Shown in pieces: positions 10,777 through 22,088 of a stretch of DNA of 64,000 nt; position 1 is the stretch's first letter, and every line of letters begins with the position of its first letter. A model generated the notes under the pieces. It was given only the letters and a program-made list of their open reading frames with translations, ran no database searches and was not told the DNA's origin. The DNA is from a bacterium (GTDB taxonomy: Bacteria; Electryoneota; Electryoneia; Electryoneales; Electryoneaceae): assembly GCA_963675295.2 (NCBI GenBank), contig CAXXKJ010000002.1, positions 2,720,001 to 2,784,000 on the forward strand. The letters are read 5' to 3'. Both the position numbers and the translations under genes were made by a program.

Positions 10777-10826
10777 CTAAACCTCCCCGAGGGGACACGT
10801 GTTGTCGAATACTATGATCTAGCCGC

Positions 10827-10931
10827 TTACCACGGACTTAAGTCCGTGGTAATGCTTCAAGTACGCTTCAAGTACGCTTGTCGCTTACGTATGTCGCTTT
10901 TCTTCTTACCACGGACTTAAGTCCGTGGTTA
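10827..10931. repeat. Two more copies of the 26-bp palindrome around a short tandem duplication
   Basis: Copies at 10827-10852 (exact) and 10906-10931 (one terminal mismatch); GCTTCAAGTAC x2 in between. Confidence 0.9.
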
Positions 10932-10971
10932 CTGCGAGGTGCGGGATGCGGTCTTTCCACAAACCTCACAC

Positions 10972-11289
10972 CTAGTTCTTGAGCAGATTCAGTTTCCGGA
11001 TATCAAGCGACTCGGTGTTCCGGAAAATGGTCACCACAATCGCCAGCCCGATGCCGACTTCCGCTGCGGCAACGGTCAGCGTGAAGAACGTGAAAATCAT
11101 CCCGCCCGCGTTCTCCAGATAATGGCTGAACGCGATCAGGGTCATGTTCGCCGAATTCAGCATCATTTCGACGGACATGAAGATGATCAGGATGTTTCGC
11201 CGTGTGAGCACGCCCATTACTCCGATGGCGAACAGGATCGCGGCGAGAATCAGGTAGTGGTTGAGTCCGACAGTCAGGTCCATGATCAC
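10972..11289 (-). CDS. nuoK: NADH-quinone oxidoreductase subunit K
   Basis: RRNILIIFMSVEMMLN and VAAAEVGIGLA. Confidence 0.97.
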   Translation of the reverse strand: MIMDLTVGLNHYLILAAILFAIGVMGVLTRRNILIIFMSVEMMLNSANMTLIAFSHYLENAGGMIFTFFTLTVAAAEVGIGLAIVVTIFRNTESLDIRKLNLLKN

Positions 11290-11804
11290 ACCCGCTCCCT
11301 TTTCGCCAGCGCCACCGCGCCGATCACCGCTGCCAGAAGTAGAATGCCCGCGATTTCAAACGGGAAGACATAGTTATTGAACAATTCCTGGCCGAGACTT
11401 TTCGCATCGCCGAGCGCATACGCTGCGTCTCCCGGCGGGAAGGTGGGCACTCCCGGTCCCGGCTTGCCCGCGAGAAAGGCGAGCAGCACGATGCCGAAGC
11501 CGATCGCGACGATGAAGCCGAGAGTCTGGAAGAAGGATGTCCCGCCCTCCAGCGCCTCCGGGTCGCGCAGGTTCAGCATCATCACCACGAACAGGAACAG
11601 TACCATGATCGCGCCGGCATACACCAGCACCTGAATCGCGGCGAGGAAGGTTGCACCAAGCATCACATAGAACCCCGCAAAGCAAAAGAACATCAGCACG
11701 AGGAACAGGATGCTGTGAACCGGGTTTTTCCGTGTCACCACCATGATGCCGCTGAACAGGCTGATCAGGGCAAGGATGGCGAAGACGACTGTTTGTGCAT
11801 CCAT
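11286..11804 (-). CDS. nuoJ: NADH-quinone oxidoreductase subunit J
   Basis: KNPVHS, QVLVYAGAIMVLFLFVVMMLN and PFEIAGILLL. Confidence 0.96.
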   Translation of the reverse strand: MDAQTVVFAILALISLFSGIMVVTRKNPVHSILFLVLMFFCFAGFYVMLGATFLAAIQVLVYAGAIMVLFLFVVMMLNLRDPEALEGGTSFFQTLGFIVAIGFGIVLLAFLAGKPGPGVPTFPPGDAAYALGDAKSLGQELFNNYVFPFEIAGILLLAAVIGAVALAKRERV

Positions 11805-11815
11805 AATCGATCCAT

Positions 11816-11893
11816 GTAGCCCGTGGAAATGCTCCCACGGGGACATTTTATCTACCGTCCGGATCAGCCGCGTCTGCAAGCAGACACGGCCAC
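11816..11893. repeat. REPIN-like pair of inverted GTAG/GTGG-headed hairpins
   Basis: GTAG-CCCGTGG..CCACGGG at 11816-11841; on the minus strand GTGG-CCGTGTCTGC-TT-GCAGACGCGG at 11867-11893. Confidence 0.5.
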
Positions 11894-11899
11894 GATTGT

Positions 11900-12412
11900 T
11901 TAGTCCTTGTAGAAGATCGGGCCGCCGATTTTCTCGGTCAGCATCTCCTTGGTGTAAATCAGCTTATCGCGGCTATCTTCGGTGAACTCGTAGAACGGAG
12001 TCATGAAGATCGCCGCTTCCGGGCACGCCTCTTCGCACATGCCGCAGAAGATGCAGCGCAGCATGTCGATTTCGTAGGTCACAGAATACCGTTCGGTGGT
12101 ATGCAGGTGACGGCGTTCCGGCGGAACCTCACCCGCCTGGATCGTGATCGCATCCGCCGGGCAGGCCAGTTCGCACATCTGGCAGCCGACACAGCGTTCA
12201 CGGCCGAACTCGTCGCGTTTGAGCACATGCCGTCCACGCCAGCGGTGGCTGACTTCGACCTTTTCTTCCGGATACTGGACGGTTACCGGCTTGGCGAAGA
12301 AGTGTGACAGGGTCACCCCCATCCCCTTCGCGATCGCCGGGAAGTACAGCCGTTCAGCAAGGGTCAGGTTGTACTTGCGGAACGGATCGTTTTGCAGTGG
12401 CACTTTCGCCAT
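11900..12412 (-). CDS. nuoI: NADH-quinone oxidoreductase subunit I
   Basis: TVQYPEE, CVGCQMCELACP and CIFCGMCEEACP. Confidence 0.97.
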   Translation of the reverse strand: MAKVPLQNDPFRKYNLTLAERLYFPAIAKGMGVTLSHFFAKPVTVQYPEEKVEVSHRWRGRHVLKRDEFGRERCVGCQMCELACPADAITIQAGEVPPERRHLHTTERYSVTYEIDMLRCIFCGMCEEACPEAAIFMTPFYEFTEDSRDKLIYTKEMLTEKIGGPIFYKD

Positions 12413-12422
12413 CAGCGACCTC

Positions 12423-12562
12423 AAGTACGAAGTACAGAGTACCAGGTACAAAGTACAGAGTACGAAGTACGAAGCATCTTGTACGTTATTGATCTATCAC
12501 GTTACCGTCTGAAACGGCATCTTTTATCGTTGTACTTCTTTACGACTTACGACTTAGTACTT
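12423..12562. repeat. Inverted heptamer tandem arrays
   Basis: Seven units like aagtacg/aagtaca/gagtacg from 12423, and degenerate reverse-orientation units (tgtactt, acttacg, gtactt) from ~12531. Confidence 0.75.
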
Positions 12563-12573
12563 CCTTCGGACTC

Positions 12574-13626
12574 TCAGTCCATCCCAGCGCCGCCGGTCCA
12601 CAGCAGGATCAGCGCCATCACGAAGATGTTCAGCAGTCCGAGCGGAATCAGGCGTTTCCAGCCGAGGTTCATCAGCTGGTCATAGCGGAAGCGCGGCAGC
12701 GTCCAGCGCACCCACATGAAGACGAACATGAAGAACAGCGTTTTCGCCCAGAACACACCGAAGGTCAGCAGCCCCCACAGGATGCCCGGTTCTGCCGGAG
12801 TGGCCACAAACGGGATCGACCAACCGCCGAAATAGAGCGTCGCGATCAAACCGGACGCCAGCGTCATGTGGACATATTCCCCGAACATGAAGAGGCCGAA
12901 TTTCATCGCAGAATACTCGGTGTGGTACCCGGCGACGATTTCGTTTTCCGCTTCCGGCAGGTCGAACGGCACCCGTGACGCTTCCGCGAAGGTTGCCACG
13001 AGGAAAATGATGAAGCCGATCGGGTGCGTGAACACGCTCCAGTTCCAGATCGGTCCCGTCTGGTTCAGCACGATGTCACGCAGCGAGAACGATCCGTGAT
13101 CGAGGATCAGCGCGACAATCGCCAGCCCCATCGCGATTTCGTAGGAAATCATCTGGCTGGATGAACGCAGGCCGCCCATCAGCGAGTACTTGTTGTTCGA
13201 GGCCCAGCCACCTGTGATGATCCCGTAGACGCCCAGCGAACCGATTGCGAGGACGTACAGGATGCCGATGTTGATGTCGGCCAGTTGCAACAGTACTTCG
13301 CGTCCACCGATGATCATACGGTCGCCGAACGGAATGACCGCCATCAGGAAGCCGGCTGCCATGAAGGTGAACGTCGGCGCGATGATGAACAGTACCTTGT
13401 TCGCGCGATCCGGGTTAAACTCTTCCTTCATGAAGAATTTGACACCGTCCGCAACAACCTGCAGCAATCCCCAGGGGCCTGCTCGATTCGGTCCGTGCCG
13501 GTCCTGGAAGAACCCGGCGATCTTGCGTTCGCCGAGCGTGGCGTAGGCTACGATGGTCAGCAGGACGATGAATACGAACACACCGACCGCCGATTTTTCG
13601 ATGATAAATGCGCCGATCTCGTTCAT
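12574..13626 (-). CDS. nuoH: NADH-quinone oxidoreductase subunit H
   Basis: ERKIAG..Q.R.GPNR, ADGVK...KEE, R.PFDLPEAE.E.VAGY.TEYS and LPRFRYDQLM. Confidence 0.97.
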   Translation of the reverse strand: MNEIGAFIIEKSAVGVFVFIVLLTIVAYATLGERKIAGFFQDRHGPNRAGPWGLLQVVADGVKFFMKEEFNPDRANKVLFIIAPTFTFMAAGFLMAVIPFGDRMIIGGREVLLQLADINIGILYVLAIGSLGVYGIITGGWASNNKYSLMGGLRSSSQMISYEIAMGLAIVALILDHGSFSLRDIVLNQTGPIWNWSVFTHPIGFIIFLVATFAEASRVPFDLPEAENEIVAGYHTEYSAMKFGLFMFGEYVHMTLASGLIATLYFGGWSIPFVATPAEPGILWGLLTFGVFWAKTLFFMFVFMWVRWTLPRFRYDQLMNLGWKRLIPLGLLNIFVMALILLWTGGAGMD

Positions 13627-13630
13627 CGAC

Positions 13631-14671
13631 TTACTCCGCTTTGGCGGTTTCGTCGCCGCTGTCGGGTGAATCTTCCGTGACGGCTTCCGTCTCCGGTTCC
13701 GTTTCGGCTTCCGGGGCGGCTGCTTCGCCGTCGCCATTCATGCCGAGTTCTTTGCGCGCGGCGTCTTCCAGCTCTTTCGCCGTGCGCGGACCGCCCTTGA
13801 CGGGAGTCGTGATATCGACTTCCTCCTCGATGATCCAGTCATCGAGGTTGTAGTGCTCAAAGCGGGCTTCGTCGCAGATCATCGCCTTCATCACGCGGTA
13901 CTCATCCATCCGCGCGGTGACACGGTAGATCTTGCCACGGTACAGGCCCAGCATCGCCTCGGACCCGTTCTTGCACTTCACCGGATCCTTCATCGCCGAT
14001 TCCTTCAGGCGTGCCGGAACGTGTTCCAGGTCCCAGACACGGGCGCTGAAGCGCATTTTCTTGTCGGTCAACGCACCCACCGGGCAGACGTCGATCACAT
14101 TGCCCGCCCAACCGCTCGGAATCGCCGCTTCGATGTACGAGCCGACTTCGGCGTGATCGCCACGATTCAGCACGCCGATGTGCGCGACGCCCATATAGTC
14201 TTCCGACAGACGGATGCACCGGCGGCAATGGATGCAGCGGTTCATCTCTTTCGCGATCTTCTCGCCATAGTCTGTCTTCGGGAAGGTGCGGCGCGGGTAG
14301 CGTGTGCGCCCGACGGGGAACCCGTACTTGTAGCCGTAGTCCTGCAAATCGCATTCACCGGCCTGATCGCAAATCGGGCAATCCAGCGGATGGTGCAGCA
14401 GCAGGAACTCCATCACGCCACGGCGGGCCTTGAACACGCGCTCGTTGTTCGTGTTCACGACCATGCCGTCCCGGATCGGAGTCTGGCAGCCGATCTGCAG
14501 CTTGCCGATGCCTTCGACTTCGACGAGGCAGATGCGGCAGTTACCCTGCGGCGGGAACCACGGGTAGTAACAGTATGTCGGGATGTTGACACCGGCCTTG
14601 CGGGCAGCCCACAGGATGGTCACGCCATCCGGGACTTCCACCTGCTTGCCGTCTATGGTCACGTTGGGCAT
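13631..14671 (-). CDS. nuoG: Short NADH-quinone oxidoreductase subunit G (Fe-S domains only)
   Basis: CRICLVEVE, HPLDCPICDQAGECDLQ, CIHCRRC and DVCPVGAL; only ~346 aa and ends in an acidic tail. Confidence 0.92.
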   Translation of the reverse strand: MPNVTIDGKQVEVPDGVTILWAARKAGVNIPTYCYYPWFPPQGNCRICLVEVEGIGKLQIGCQTPIRDGMVVNTNNERVFKARRGVMEFLLLHHPLDCPICDQAGECDLQDYGYKYGFPVGRTRYPRRTFPKTDYGEKIAKEMNRCIHCRRCIRLSEDYMGVAHIGVLNRGDHAEVGSYIEAAIPSGWAGNVIDVCPVGALTDKKMRFSARVWDLEHVPARLKESAMKDPVKCKNGSEAMLGLYRGKIYRVTARMDEYRVMKAMICDEARFEHYNLDDWIIEEEVDITTPVKGGPRTAKELEDAARKELGMNGDGEAAAPEAETEPETEAVTEDSPDSGDETAKAE

Positions 14672-14728
14672 ATTTGCCTTGCTCCCTGTGACTCTTTCAG
14701 CGGAATCATCCGCCACGAATTGACTGGA

Positions 14729-16183
<1,455 letters not shown>

Positions 16184-16195
16184 GTTGATCTCGAT

Positions 16196-16262
16196 GTAGC
16201 CCGGAATCAGGGATTCCGAGGTTCTCGATATGACTACTCCCGGACCAACCAGCCCGGGCTGC
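16196..16262. repeat. REPIN-like pair of GTAG/GCAG-headed hairpins
   Basis: GTAG-CC-CGGAATC-AGG-GATTCCG from 16196 and an inverted GCAGCCCGG...CCGGG ending at 16262. Confidence 0.5.
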
Positions 16263-16265
16263 GTC

Positions 16266-16763
16266 TTAGGACTTGCCGTTACCGGCCGACTTCTTGAAGC
16301 CTTCGATCAGCTCGTCAAGCTTCTCGGTGTCCAGGTCTTCGTAGTAGTCGTCGTTCACCTGCATCATCGGGCCGCCGCCGCACGCACCAAGACATTCCAC
16401 GCGATGCAGGCAGAACAGGCCGTCTTCGGTGACCTGATCTTCCTGGATGTTGTGCTTGTCCTTCAGGTGCTGAATCAGGCTTTCGGCGCCACGCAGGTTG
16501 CAGGCGATGTTGTGGCAGAACTGGATATGGTATTTCCCGACCGGTTTCTGCGGGAAATAGGTATAGAATGTGAGCGCCTCGTAGACACGGATGTTCGGCA
16601 CACCGAGCAGTTCCGCGACATGATCGCACGCATCCCGGCTGACCCAACCGGTCTCAGCCATCACGATGTGCAGGGCGGGTAGAATGCCTGACATCGGGTG
16701 CGGGTAACGTGTCGCAATGTCTTTTACCCGTTCCTGGCTTTCGGTAGAAAGCTGATAAGCCAT
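16266..16763 (-). CDS. nuoE: NADH-quinone oxidoreductase subunit E
   Basis: CHNIAC...CLGAC [2Fe-2S] motif, TFYT.F and GKYHIQ. Confidence 0.96.
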   Translation of the reverse strand: MAYQLSTESQERVKDIATRYPHPMSGILPALHIVMAETGWVSRDACDHVAELLGVPNIRVYEALTFYTYFPQKPVGKYHIQFCHNIACNLRGAESLIQHLKDKHNIQEDQVTEDGLFCLHRVECLGACGGGPMMQVNDDYYEDLDTEKLDELIEGFKKSAGNGKS

Positions 16764-16789
16764 ATGGCTAGGCTCCTTGACTCCTAAAC

Positions 16790-17047
16790 TCAATCATCGC
16801 TCACAAAGGCAACTATCATCACTCCGATCATCCCAAAAGCCCAAATAATAAAATACATGACCGGAAATACTTTCTCGACTATCCAAAATACTAGCGGAAA
16901 TACGACCAATCCGGGCGTTAGAACGAATGCCAATATAGACCCAACCCACCCTAACCATCGCGTCATAAAAACAACCCACAATAAAAACAATATTAATCCG
17001 CAGCCATATCTAAGGATGTTCCCGAAGAACTTCAGCGAAGCTCTCAT
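16790..17047 (-). CDS. AT-rich small membrane protein inserted between nuoD and nuoE
   Basis: 85-aa hydrophobic ORF with about three TM segments, AAGGAG RBS; sampled lines ~38-45% GC, well below the nuo genes. Confidence 0.7.
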   Translation of the reverse strand: MRASLKFFGNILRYGCGLILFLLWVVFMTRWLGWVGSILAFVLTPGLVVFPLVFWIVEKVFPVMYFIIWAFGMIGVMIVAFVSDD

Positions 17048-17104
17048 GATTACTCCTTCACCTTAAAACATTGGCTGGATACCGCGTCTCAATTATTAAT
17101 CCGG

Positions 17105-18322
17105 TTATCTCTCCAGTTCGCCAGCGATCACGTTGATACTGGACATCGTCATGATCGCATCCGCGATCAGTCCGCCCTCGAGCAGTTCTTCAATCGACTG
17201 GTAGAAGTACAGGCAGGGGGACCGGAAATGCAGGCGGTACGGGTTCGGACCGCCGTCACTGACAGCGTAGAAGCCGAGTTCGCCGTTCGGCGATTCGACA
17301 GCGTGGTATACTTCACCCACCGGCGGATTGATGCCGTGCATGATGATCTTGAAGTGATAGATCATCGCTTCCATGTTGGAATAGACATCCTTCTTTTCCG
17401 GCAGGTAGATCTCGGGCACATCGGCGTGATACGGACCGTCGGGCAGGTTGTTCACCGCCTGTTCGATGATCTTGATGCTCTCCACCATCTCGTCCATGCA
17501 GACCATGTACCGGTCGTACACGTCGCCGGTGGTTCCCGTGATCACCTTAAAGTCGAAATCTTCGTAGCTGCTGTACGGTTCGTTTTTACGCAAATCGTAG
17601 TCAACGCCGGTCGCACGCAGGTTCGGGCCCGAATAACCATATTCCAGCGCACGTTCCTGTGAGATCGGGCTGACGTCGCGGGTACGTTCGATGAAGATGC
17701 GGTTACGAGTCAGCAGCGTGTGGAATTCCTTGATCACCTTCGGCAGCGGCTTCAGCCACTCACGGATGTCGTTGGCGAATTCCGGGTACAACGGCTTGTC
17801 CAACCCGCCGACACGGCCAAACGTGGTCGTCAGGCGAGCGCCGGTCATCCGTTCGATGATCTTGTACGCCCGTTCGCGCTGTTCCATGAAATACAGGAAG
17901 CCGGTGTACGCGCCGGCATCAACGCCAAGAATTCCGGTACGGATCAAGTGGTCGATGATACGATTCAGCTCGAGCATGATCACGCGAACGTACTGCACCA
18001 GCTTCGGAACTTCGATGCCGAGCAGTTTTTCCGCGGTCATCGTCCAGCCGATGTTGTTTGCCATCGACGAGACGTAGTTCATGCGGTCGGTGATCGTGAT
18101 CACCTGGTTGTAACTGTAATGTTCGCTGAGTTTCTCGAAGCTGCGGTGGCAGTAGCCGATGTGCGCTTCGCACTTGACGATGCGTTCACCGTCCAGCTTG
18201 ACGCGGTTTTCGAGAATACCGTGTGTTGCCGGGTGGGACGGCCCCAGGTTGAGGTCGTACAGCTCTTTTTCGTCGGGCTGCATGTGCTCAGCGATGGCGC
18301 GATCGATAACCTGTTTAAGCAT
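17105..18322 (-). CDS. nuoD: NADH-quinone oxidoreductase subunit D
   Basis: LNLGPSHPATHG, GY.HR.FEK, DRMNY, ESPNGELG and C-terminal GELER. Confidence 0.96.
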   Translation of the reverse strand: MLKQVIDRAIAEHMQPDEKELYDLNLGPSHPATHGILENRVKLDGERIVKCEAHIGYCHRSFEKLSEHYSYNQVITITDRMNYVSSMANNIGWTMTAEKLLGIEVPKLVQYVRVIMLELNRIIDHLIRTGILGVDAGAYTGFLYFMEQRERAYKIIERMTGARLTTTFGRVGGLDKPLYPEFANDIREWLKPLPKVIKEFHTLLTRNRIFIERTRDVSPISQERALEYGYSGPNLRATGVDYDLRKNEPYSSYEDFDFKVITGTTGDVYDRYMVCMDEMVESIKIIEQAVNNLPDGPYHADVPEIYLPEKKDVYSNMEAMIYHFKIIMHGINPPVGEVYHAVESPNGELGFYAVSDGGPNPYRLHFRSPCLYFYQSIEELLEGGLIADAIMTMSSINVIAGELER

Positions 18323-18950
18323 TACCGTTCTCCTTCCCGCGCAACGGCTCGCGCCTGATTTCCCACGGTGTCCGCGGCAGCATCTGGTCCGCCGGTTTCG
18401 GTTTCGTCTGCGGGGACGTAACCGCTTCACGCCGCTTGTTGCTGACGACGGTTCCGCGCGGGAACGTGCCGCGATGCTGTCCCTTCACCGGGAAATCCTT
18501 GCGCAGCGGATGGCCGACGAAATCGTCCGGGCTGAGCAGGCGCGTCATCCGTGGATGACCGGTGAAGTTGATGCCGTAGAAGTCCCAGATCTCGCGTTCC
18601 GTCCACGAGGCACCGGCGTATACGTCGGTCAAGGTCGGGATTGACGGTTCGTCGCCCGCGAGACGGGACTTATAGCGGAACTTGAGGTTGTGCTTGTGCG
18701 AACGCAGGTGGACGACGACCTCGAAGCGATAGTCTTCATGCTGCCTGAGGTAATCCACCGCGGTAATGTCGATGAAATGGTTGAACTGCCAGAACTCATC
18801 GTTGTACGCCCACTCCGCGACCTTGTGGTGCAGGTCAGCCGGAATGGTCAACACCACCATGCCGTAGTTCATCTCGAGCGAGATGGCCTTGTCGCCGGTG
18901 AGAGCCGCGAGATCCTCAATGAGCTTGGCGTTCAGCTCGTCACGTGTCAT
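18315..18950 (-). CDS. nuoC: NADH-quinone oxidoreductase subunit C
   Basis: [28 protein letters not shown] and GHPLRKDFP. Confidence 0.96.
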   Translation of the reverse strand: MTRDELNAKLIEDLAALTGDKAISLEMNYGMVVLTIPADLHHKVAEWAYNDEFWQFNHFIDITAVDYLRQHEDYRFEVVVHLRSHKHNLKFRYKSRLAGDEPSIPTLTDVYAGASWTEREIWDFYGINFTGHPRMTRLLSPDDFVGHPLRKDFPVKGQHRGTFPRGTVVSNKRREAVTSPQTKPKPADQMLPRTPWEIRREPLRGKENGNA

Positions 18951-19432
18951 CGCCGGTCGCCCTCCGTGATCCGTTCCTGCTGGATCTTCTCCTGCAGCTT
19001 GGTGTAGGCGAGCATCAACGTTTCGGGACGGGGCGGGCAGCCGGGGACGTACACATCCACCGGGAACAGCGTGTCGATACCCTGCACGACGCTGTAGGTG
19101 TCGAACATGCCGCCGCTGCTCGCGCAGGCGCCCATGCTGATGACGTATTTCGGCTCAGTCATCTGGTCGTAGATGCGCTTCAGCACCGGCGCCATCTTGA
19201 TACTGATGGTACCGATTACGATCATCAGGTCGGCCTGACGTGGGCTGAAGCTGGGACGCTCCCACCCGAACCGGCCCTGGTCGTAGCGTGATGCCATCGT
19301 CGCCATGTACTCAATGCCGCAGCACGCGGTGGCGTACGGCATCGGCCATGCGCTGTATTTACGTGACCAGCCGACGAACTCCGACAGTTTGGTCGTGATC
19401 GCCTCACCACCAGGCCATTGCGTCACTCCCAT
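18947..19432 (-). CDS. nuoB: NADH-quinone oxidoreductase subunit B
   Basis: [22 protein letters not shown] and [13 protein letters not shown]. Confidence 0.97.
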   Translation of the reverse strand: MGVTQWPGGEAITTKLSEFVGWSRKYSAWPMPYATACCGIEYMATMASRYDQGRFGWERPSFSPRQADLMIVIGTISIKMAPVLKRIYDQMTEPKYVISMGACASSGGMFDTYSVVQGIDTLFPVDVYVPGCPPRPETLMLAYTKLQEKIQQERITEGDRR

Positions 19433-19782
19433 TCGAGCGCTCCTTTCTTCCACTCGTACAACAGTCCCGCGGTCAGGATCACGAGGAAGATCGTCATCGC
19501 AATAAATCCGCCCATGCCCAGTTCCTTGAAGTTGACCGCCCACGGGTACATGAAGACGACTTCAAGGTCAAACATGACGAACAGCACGGCGACGAGGTAA
19601 AACTTGACGGAGAAGCGCTGACGGCTGTCACCGACATAGTCCACGCCGCATTCGTACGTGTCCTGCTTGATCGGGGAATACTTCTTCGGGCCAAGGATGT
19701 GGGTGACGGCGAGTGCGAAATACGCAAAGCCGCCGATAATCGCGAACGTAATCAGTACCGGAATAAAATCCAGGGGCGTCAT
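19423..19782 (-). CDS. nuoA: NADH-quinone oxidoreductase subunit A
   Basis: [18 protein letters not shown] and [10 protein letters not shown]. Confidence 0.97.
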   Translation of the reverse strand: MTPLDFIPVLITFAIIGGFAYFALAVTHILGPKKYSPIKQDTYECGVDYVGDSRQRFSVKFYLVAVLFVMFDLEVVFMYPWAVNFKELGMGGFIAMTIFLVILTAGLLYEWKKGALEWE

Positions 19783-19832
19783 CCGACCTCACTTCCACGC
19801 GGGTTCGCGCCAGACTTGGTTTGACATCAGGA

Positions 19833-19852
19833 TTTGTGCCGTTTGTCACGAA
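19833..19852 (-). promoter_or_regulatory. Candidate Rex/CRP-like operator upstream of nuoA
   Basis: Minus strand TTCGTGA-CAAACG-GCACAAA fits YGTGA-N6-TCACR with one mismatch, ~50 bp before the nuoA ATG. Confidence 0.4.
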
Positions 19853-20150
19853 GCCAAAGGTTCGTATACACTAACTCAAGCATCCACAAGGAGATGCCAA
19901 GACACGGGCGACAATATAGAGGCGCAACAACTCCCGGTCAACGCCCTATCTCGACGGGGTTTTGCACTCTTTTCACAAGAAAAGTTTGTACCAAAGTCGA
20001 ATTGGTTCAAGCCGAACCCGGAGACAAACCAGTGGGTTAGGTTCGGTGAATTCTCCGATGAATTGTTCAGCTCCGGTTCAGAGTAAGGGGAGACGAAAAG
20101 GGACGATCTCAACAAGAAATCGTCCCTCGTATCGCAGTCGTACTCTCGAG

Positions 20151-21176
20151 TTACCCGACTTTGCGGATTCCAGTAATCTCTACCGGTGAAATCGCCTTCG
20201 TCGGACACACCGGCTCGCACAGCCCGCAGCTGATGCACAGCTCGGGGTCGATCACGTACTTGCCACCGTCGGTTTCGGTGATGCACTTCTTCACCGGGCA
20301 CACCTTCGCGCATTCGCCGGACCCGTTGCAGCGTGTCGGGTCGATGTGCCAGATCGGCCTATTCCCCGCCTTCTTGTCCACCAGCGAGTTGGTTGGGCAG
20401 ACATTCACCGCTGGCAGCGGCGTGTCCTTGATCGAATAGTCGAACACCGGCAAATTGCCCGTGTCGTCCATCTCGATCTGGCCGGACGGCGTCGTCTTCT
20501 TGTTCGCGCAACGACCGCAGCCGATGCAGCCGACTTCGCACACCGCGCTGACCGCCTTGGTCTTGTTCGGGTTCTTGCACGCGATGAACACCTCCGCGCT
20601 GCGCGGAATCAGGTCCATGATATCGCGCGGGCACGCTTCGACACACTTGCCGCAGCCGGTGCAGTTTTCGTCCAGGACCTTCGGCAGGCCGTCCGCGCCC
20701 ATCACCAGCGCATCAAACGGACACGCGGCAACGCAGTCGCCCGAGCCGAGGCAACCCCAGTCGCAGGCCTTGTGGCCGTGGCCGACCCGGTCTTCCGCCG
20801 TACAGGTCTGGTAGCCCTGGTACTCGAAACGGTCCGGACACTTGTCCGGTGAGCCCTGGCAACGCACGATCGCGACCTTCGCCTCCGCCGTCTCGACCGT
20901 CGCGCCCATGATCTCGGCGATTTTGGCCTGCACGTCCGAGCTGGCGACCGGGCAGGCTGTCGCTTCCAGCTTGCCGTCAACCACGGCGACCGCCATCTGA
21001 CGGCAGCCGGCGAGACCGCACGCGCCGCAGTTCGCGCCGGGCAGCTCCTCGTCGACCTCCTCGATGCGTGGGTCGACCTTGACGAAGAAGACGCGTGACG
21101 CGTACGCCAAACCACCACCGAGCAGCAGGCCGAGCCCGCCGACCGATGCGATAGCGCCTATGAGAGATGGATCCAT
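20151..21176 (-). CDS. rnfB: Rnf electron transport complex subunit B
   Basis: N-terminal TM, LPGANCGACG.AGC and several CxxCxxC/CP ferredoxin motifs. Confidence 0.95.
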   Translation of the reverse strand: MDPSLIGAIASVGGLGLLLGGGLAYASRVFFVKVDPRIEEVDEELPGANCGACGLAGCRQMAVAVVDGKLEATACPVASSDVQAKIAEIMGATVETAEAKVAIVRCQGSPDKCPDRFEYQGYQTCTAEDRVGHGHKACDWGCLGSGDCVAACPFDALVMGADGLPKVLDENCTGCGKCVEACPRDIMDLIPRSAEVFIACKNPNKTKAVSAVCEVGCIGCGRCANKKTTPSGQIEMDDTGNLPVFDYSIKDTPLPAVNVCPTNSLVDKKAGNRPIWHIDPTRCNGSGECAKVCPVKKCITETDGGKYVIDPELCISCGLCEPVCPTKAISPVEITGIRKVG

Positions 21177-21328
21177 GTTCTAAACCCAGTTATGAGCTAT
21201 GAACTTTGCTCTAAACAACTTTTGACAAAGATTAAAACATCTATGTCTAGCAATATTATATTCTATAATATGATATTTTATCTTATAAATTTAAAATACT
21301 TATATTTACTAATATAGTTGCGATAATA

Positions 21329-21862
21329 TTAATCCTTCATAATATACTTTTCAACGACAAATGATGCTGCATCTCCTATCATCGTATAAGGTAAAAAAGA
21401 ATATTTATCATATATATAATCTATAATATTATGATATTCCACTAACATATCTGACATTACATTTTTGTTCGGACCTAAAAGGGCCAATGCAAGCAAAAAT
21501 ACTATTTTTAGACAATTTATATATTCTTCATCCATATTAAAATCATCAGTATCGCATAATATAATCTCAAAATCTATATAAAACCCTTTTACATTGTTTA
21601 CTAATAATTTTGATGTCATAATAAGAGCTGTTGGTTCATTATTTTCCAATATTACAGGAGTATTTTCAATATCATGAGCGATAATGTTAGATATACTATT
21701 AGTATATTCCCTATCATTTTTAGTAAATATAACATAATCATATAAATAAATCGCGTGTAATATTTCTCTAAAAGTGTCCTTGTTTAATGTCGTGTAATTC
21801 TTATCCTTATGTTTTATAATTTCGATTATCGATAGCTCTTTTGTGTCTTCTTTACCATTCAT
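21329..21862 (-). CDS. Very AT-rich hypothetical protein inserted between rnfA and rnfB
   Basis: 177-aa open frame in a stretch where sampled 60-mers are 15-23% GC; AAGGA upstream; no recognisable motif. Confidence 0.6.
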   Translation of the reverse strand: MNGKEDTKELSIIEIIKHKDKNYTTLNKDTFREILHAIYLYDYVIFTKNDREYTNSISNIIAHDIENTPVILENNEPTALIMTSKLLVNNVKGFYIDFEIILCDTDDFNMDEEYINCLKIVFLLALALLGPNKNVMSDMLVEYHNIIDYIYDKYSFLPYTMIGDAASFVVEKYIMKD

Positions 21863-22088
21863 TATCTTAGTCCTTTTCTTAACTCTACGTTTCAAAATCA
21901 TTTTACAGGTAGACCGATTTGGAATCACTATCCAAGTCGGTTTTCCACTACAAGCTCTTAACCTCCGGCGCTTCGTCGTACGAGATACCCTGTTTTCGTG
22001 GCAAATCGGGAACGCATTCTCCGATACGCCTTCGGCGTCTTTGACTTCAGTCGCATCCGTTGCGTCTTTTGATATCTGTTACAGGTGT

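Noticed and set aside
10827-10931. Possible CRISPR mini-array (26-bp repeats with a spacer)
   Set aside because: Only two adjacent copies, loopless perfect palindrome, third copy 2 kb away and no cas genes; REP-like instead.
20151-20360. Extra C-terminal ferredoxin domain on RnfB as a novelty
   Set aside because: Polyferredoxin RnfB proteins of this length are already well known.
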